A stretch of DNA of 64,000 nt. Origin: Macrostomum lignano. Its lineage: Eukaryota. Below, one piece after another: positions 62,462 to 64,000 of this stretch. Position 1 is the stretch's first letter; every line of letters begins with the position of its first letter. The stretch spans positions 34,473 through 98,472 of the forward strand of contig NIVC01002736.1 in NCBI GenBank assembly GCA_002269645.1, written 5' to 3'. A program made the translations under genes and the position numbers. The notes under the pieces were generated by a model. The model was not told the DNA's origin. It ran no database searches and saw only the letters and a program-made list of their open reading frames with translations.

Positions 62462-64000
62462 TGTGTTGTATACTGCTTTATTTGCTTGCTTCAAGATTTT
62501 ACTGCAATTTTGTTATGAAGAATGAAGTTGAAATAGATACTTGCAATATACTTAATAAGACATTTCAGCTAGTTCACTATCCATTGATTTCTTTGTTAAG
62601 CAAATCACCCTTGGTAATTAGTAGGTCAAGTTATAAGACTTCAGCTTTACTTAGGTTTGGGTATTTTTATTTGTGCAAAAAACTATCCTTAATTATTAAA
62701 TTGAATGGCACACAGATTTTTTGACTATTTTTGTACTGCTATACATTATACACAGCATTTTGAAAGAAAATACCAATAACTACCATGACATGTTTTGCAA
62801 AAAAAAACAAATTTTTAGGATTGATTTGCATGATTTATAGTATAATTGTTTACTATAAAACAATGGACTATAGTTTTAGCCAAAAAAGCAAATTATAGAT
62901 GATAGTATACTACATTTATATTTATTAGATGATTCTTAACTATCATAAGTATTTGTTAAATATATTTATTAATATTAATATTAAAACAAATTTACATTTA
63001 ATGAAACAAGCTTGATTTATATTTCCTCCATAACATTATTCTTCTACTAAACTTTTTTTTAAAGTTAGATTATTGTATTATTGATTTATATGCATTTAAT
63101 TGACCCATAAGCCAATTTATACCCTTTGTGGACACATGCTTACCACTACTATTGTCTTTATTGCATTTATTTTATATTGTCTATTTTCCTTTGCATTAAT
63201 GATTGTAATGATAAATTATGAAAGTTATAAAAGCTATCAAGTACAGGATGTGCATGAAATTAACTAATTTGAGAAAAAAATAACTAAAACCTAGGCTTAT
63301 AGACAACAAACACCTTTAAAATTGGGTACATAAAATTAATCCTTATAAAGAATCTTTTTAACCTTAAATTCCTATCTCTATATTTTAGCAATTGATTTTT
63401 AATTTCTATATCGATGAAATCCAGTTTTTAGGAGCTGAGAATTATAGCTTATAGAAAATTATACATAAGAATTATATTAAAAACTTAAATACATCTCCAT
63501 ATCTCTAGTTAAGATTAGATATATACTACATTAATGCGTCCAAAAAGTTCTTAGATGCCCCTCCTATCTCTGCATCTGTTCAATCGATTTTTAAAAAAAG
63601 GACACAAACATGGACCTATATATAATCAATTCAGTATTAAAGTTTCAGCTTAATTGGGTTGACAGAGCAAAAGCAATTGATCATTTACAAAGGAACCTAC
63701 AAAATTAGCAATAGGATTTTAAACTTAGCAAAATTTGAAAGTTAACAAGCAAACAGTTCAAACTGACAAGTCCAAAACTTCAAAAATAGATCACCAATTG
63801 TGAAAATCTTCAGAAGAATATTCATTCCATCAAATGTGCTTGTCATATTGCATTGGCAACTCCTGATCCTCAATTCATGCCAATCCCTAGGTGTCACTCT
63901 GATCAGCCTCTCAGTAGCCACTTGCAGCTTGGGGAAGCTGGCAAACTGCTGGGGGATACACCAAGGTGAATTTTCTATGGGAGGGGGATACACCAAGGTG

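Noticed and set aside
63536-63572. Mariner-like TIR fragments (GCGTCCAAAAAGTT / GATGCCCCTC)
   Set aside because: Too short to call; at most a collapsed remnant.
63742-64000. Possible exon plus the start of a 32-bp tandem at the window edge
   Set aside because: Open frames on both strands, truncated by the window, no homology recognised.

Overview
Eukaryotic (animal) genomic DNA with no prokaryotic features. The gene set, compact GC-rich exons, minisatellite-filled introns and unpaired splice acceptors upstream of genes suggest a free-living flatworm such as Macrostomum (inference). Most long ORFs in the supplied track are translated tandem repeats; the real genes were rebuilt by hand from splice signals. 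On the + strand: a 10+ exon PTK7/off-track-like receptor pseudokinase (19412-37373, seven Ig-like domains, one probable GC-AG intron), an intronless ZnT2-type zinc transporter, an Ig + Cys-rich + TM orphan protein and ISCA1. On the - strand: a 4-exon neuropeptide-precursor-like gene absent from the ORF track, MVB12 and NudC. NudC-MVB12 and orphan-ISCA1 look like trans-spliced operons, and the flatworm SL-terminal AUG would be in frame with MVB12. About 30 unrelated mini/microsatellite arrays are present, roughly one per large intron. Mobile elements: an EnSpm-like element inside a minisatellite, a mariner-type MITE, a Penelope GIY-YIG fragment with a hammerhead ribozyme, hAT-type MITEs, and an unclassified retroposon-like insert with a 14-bp TSD.
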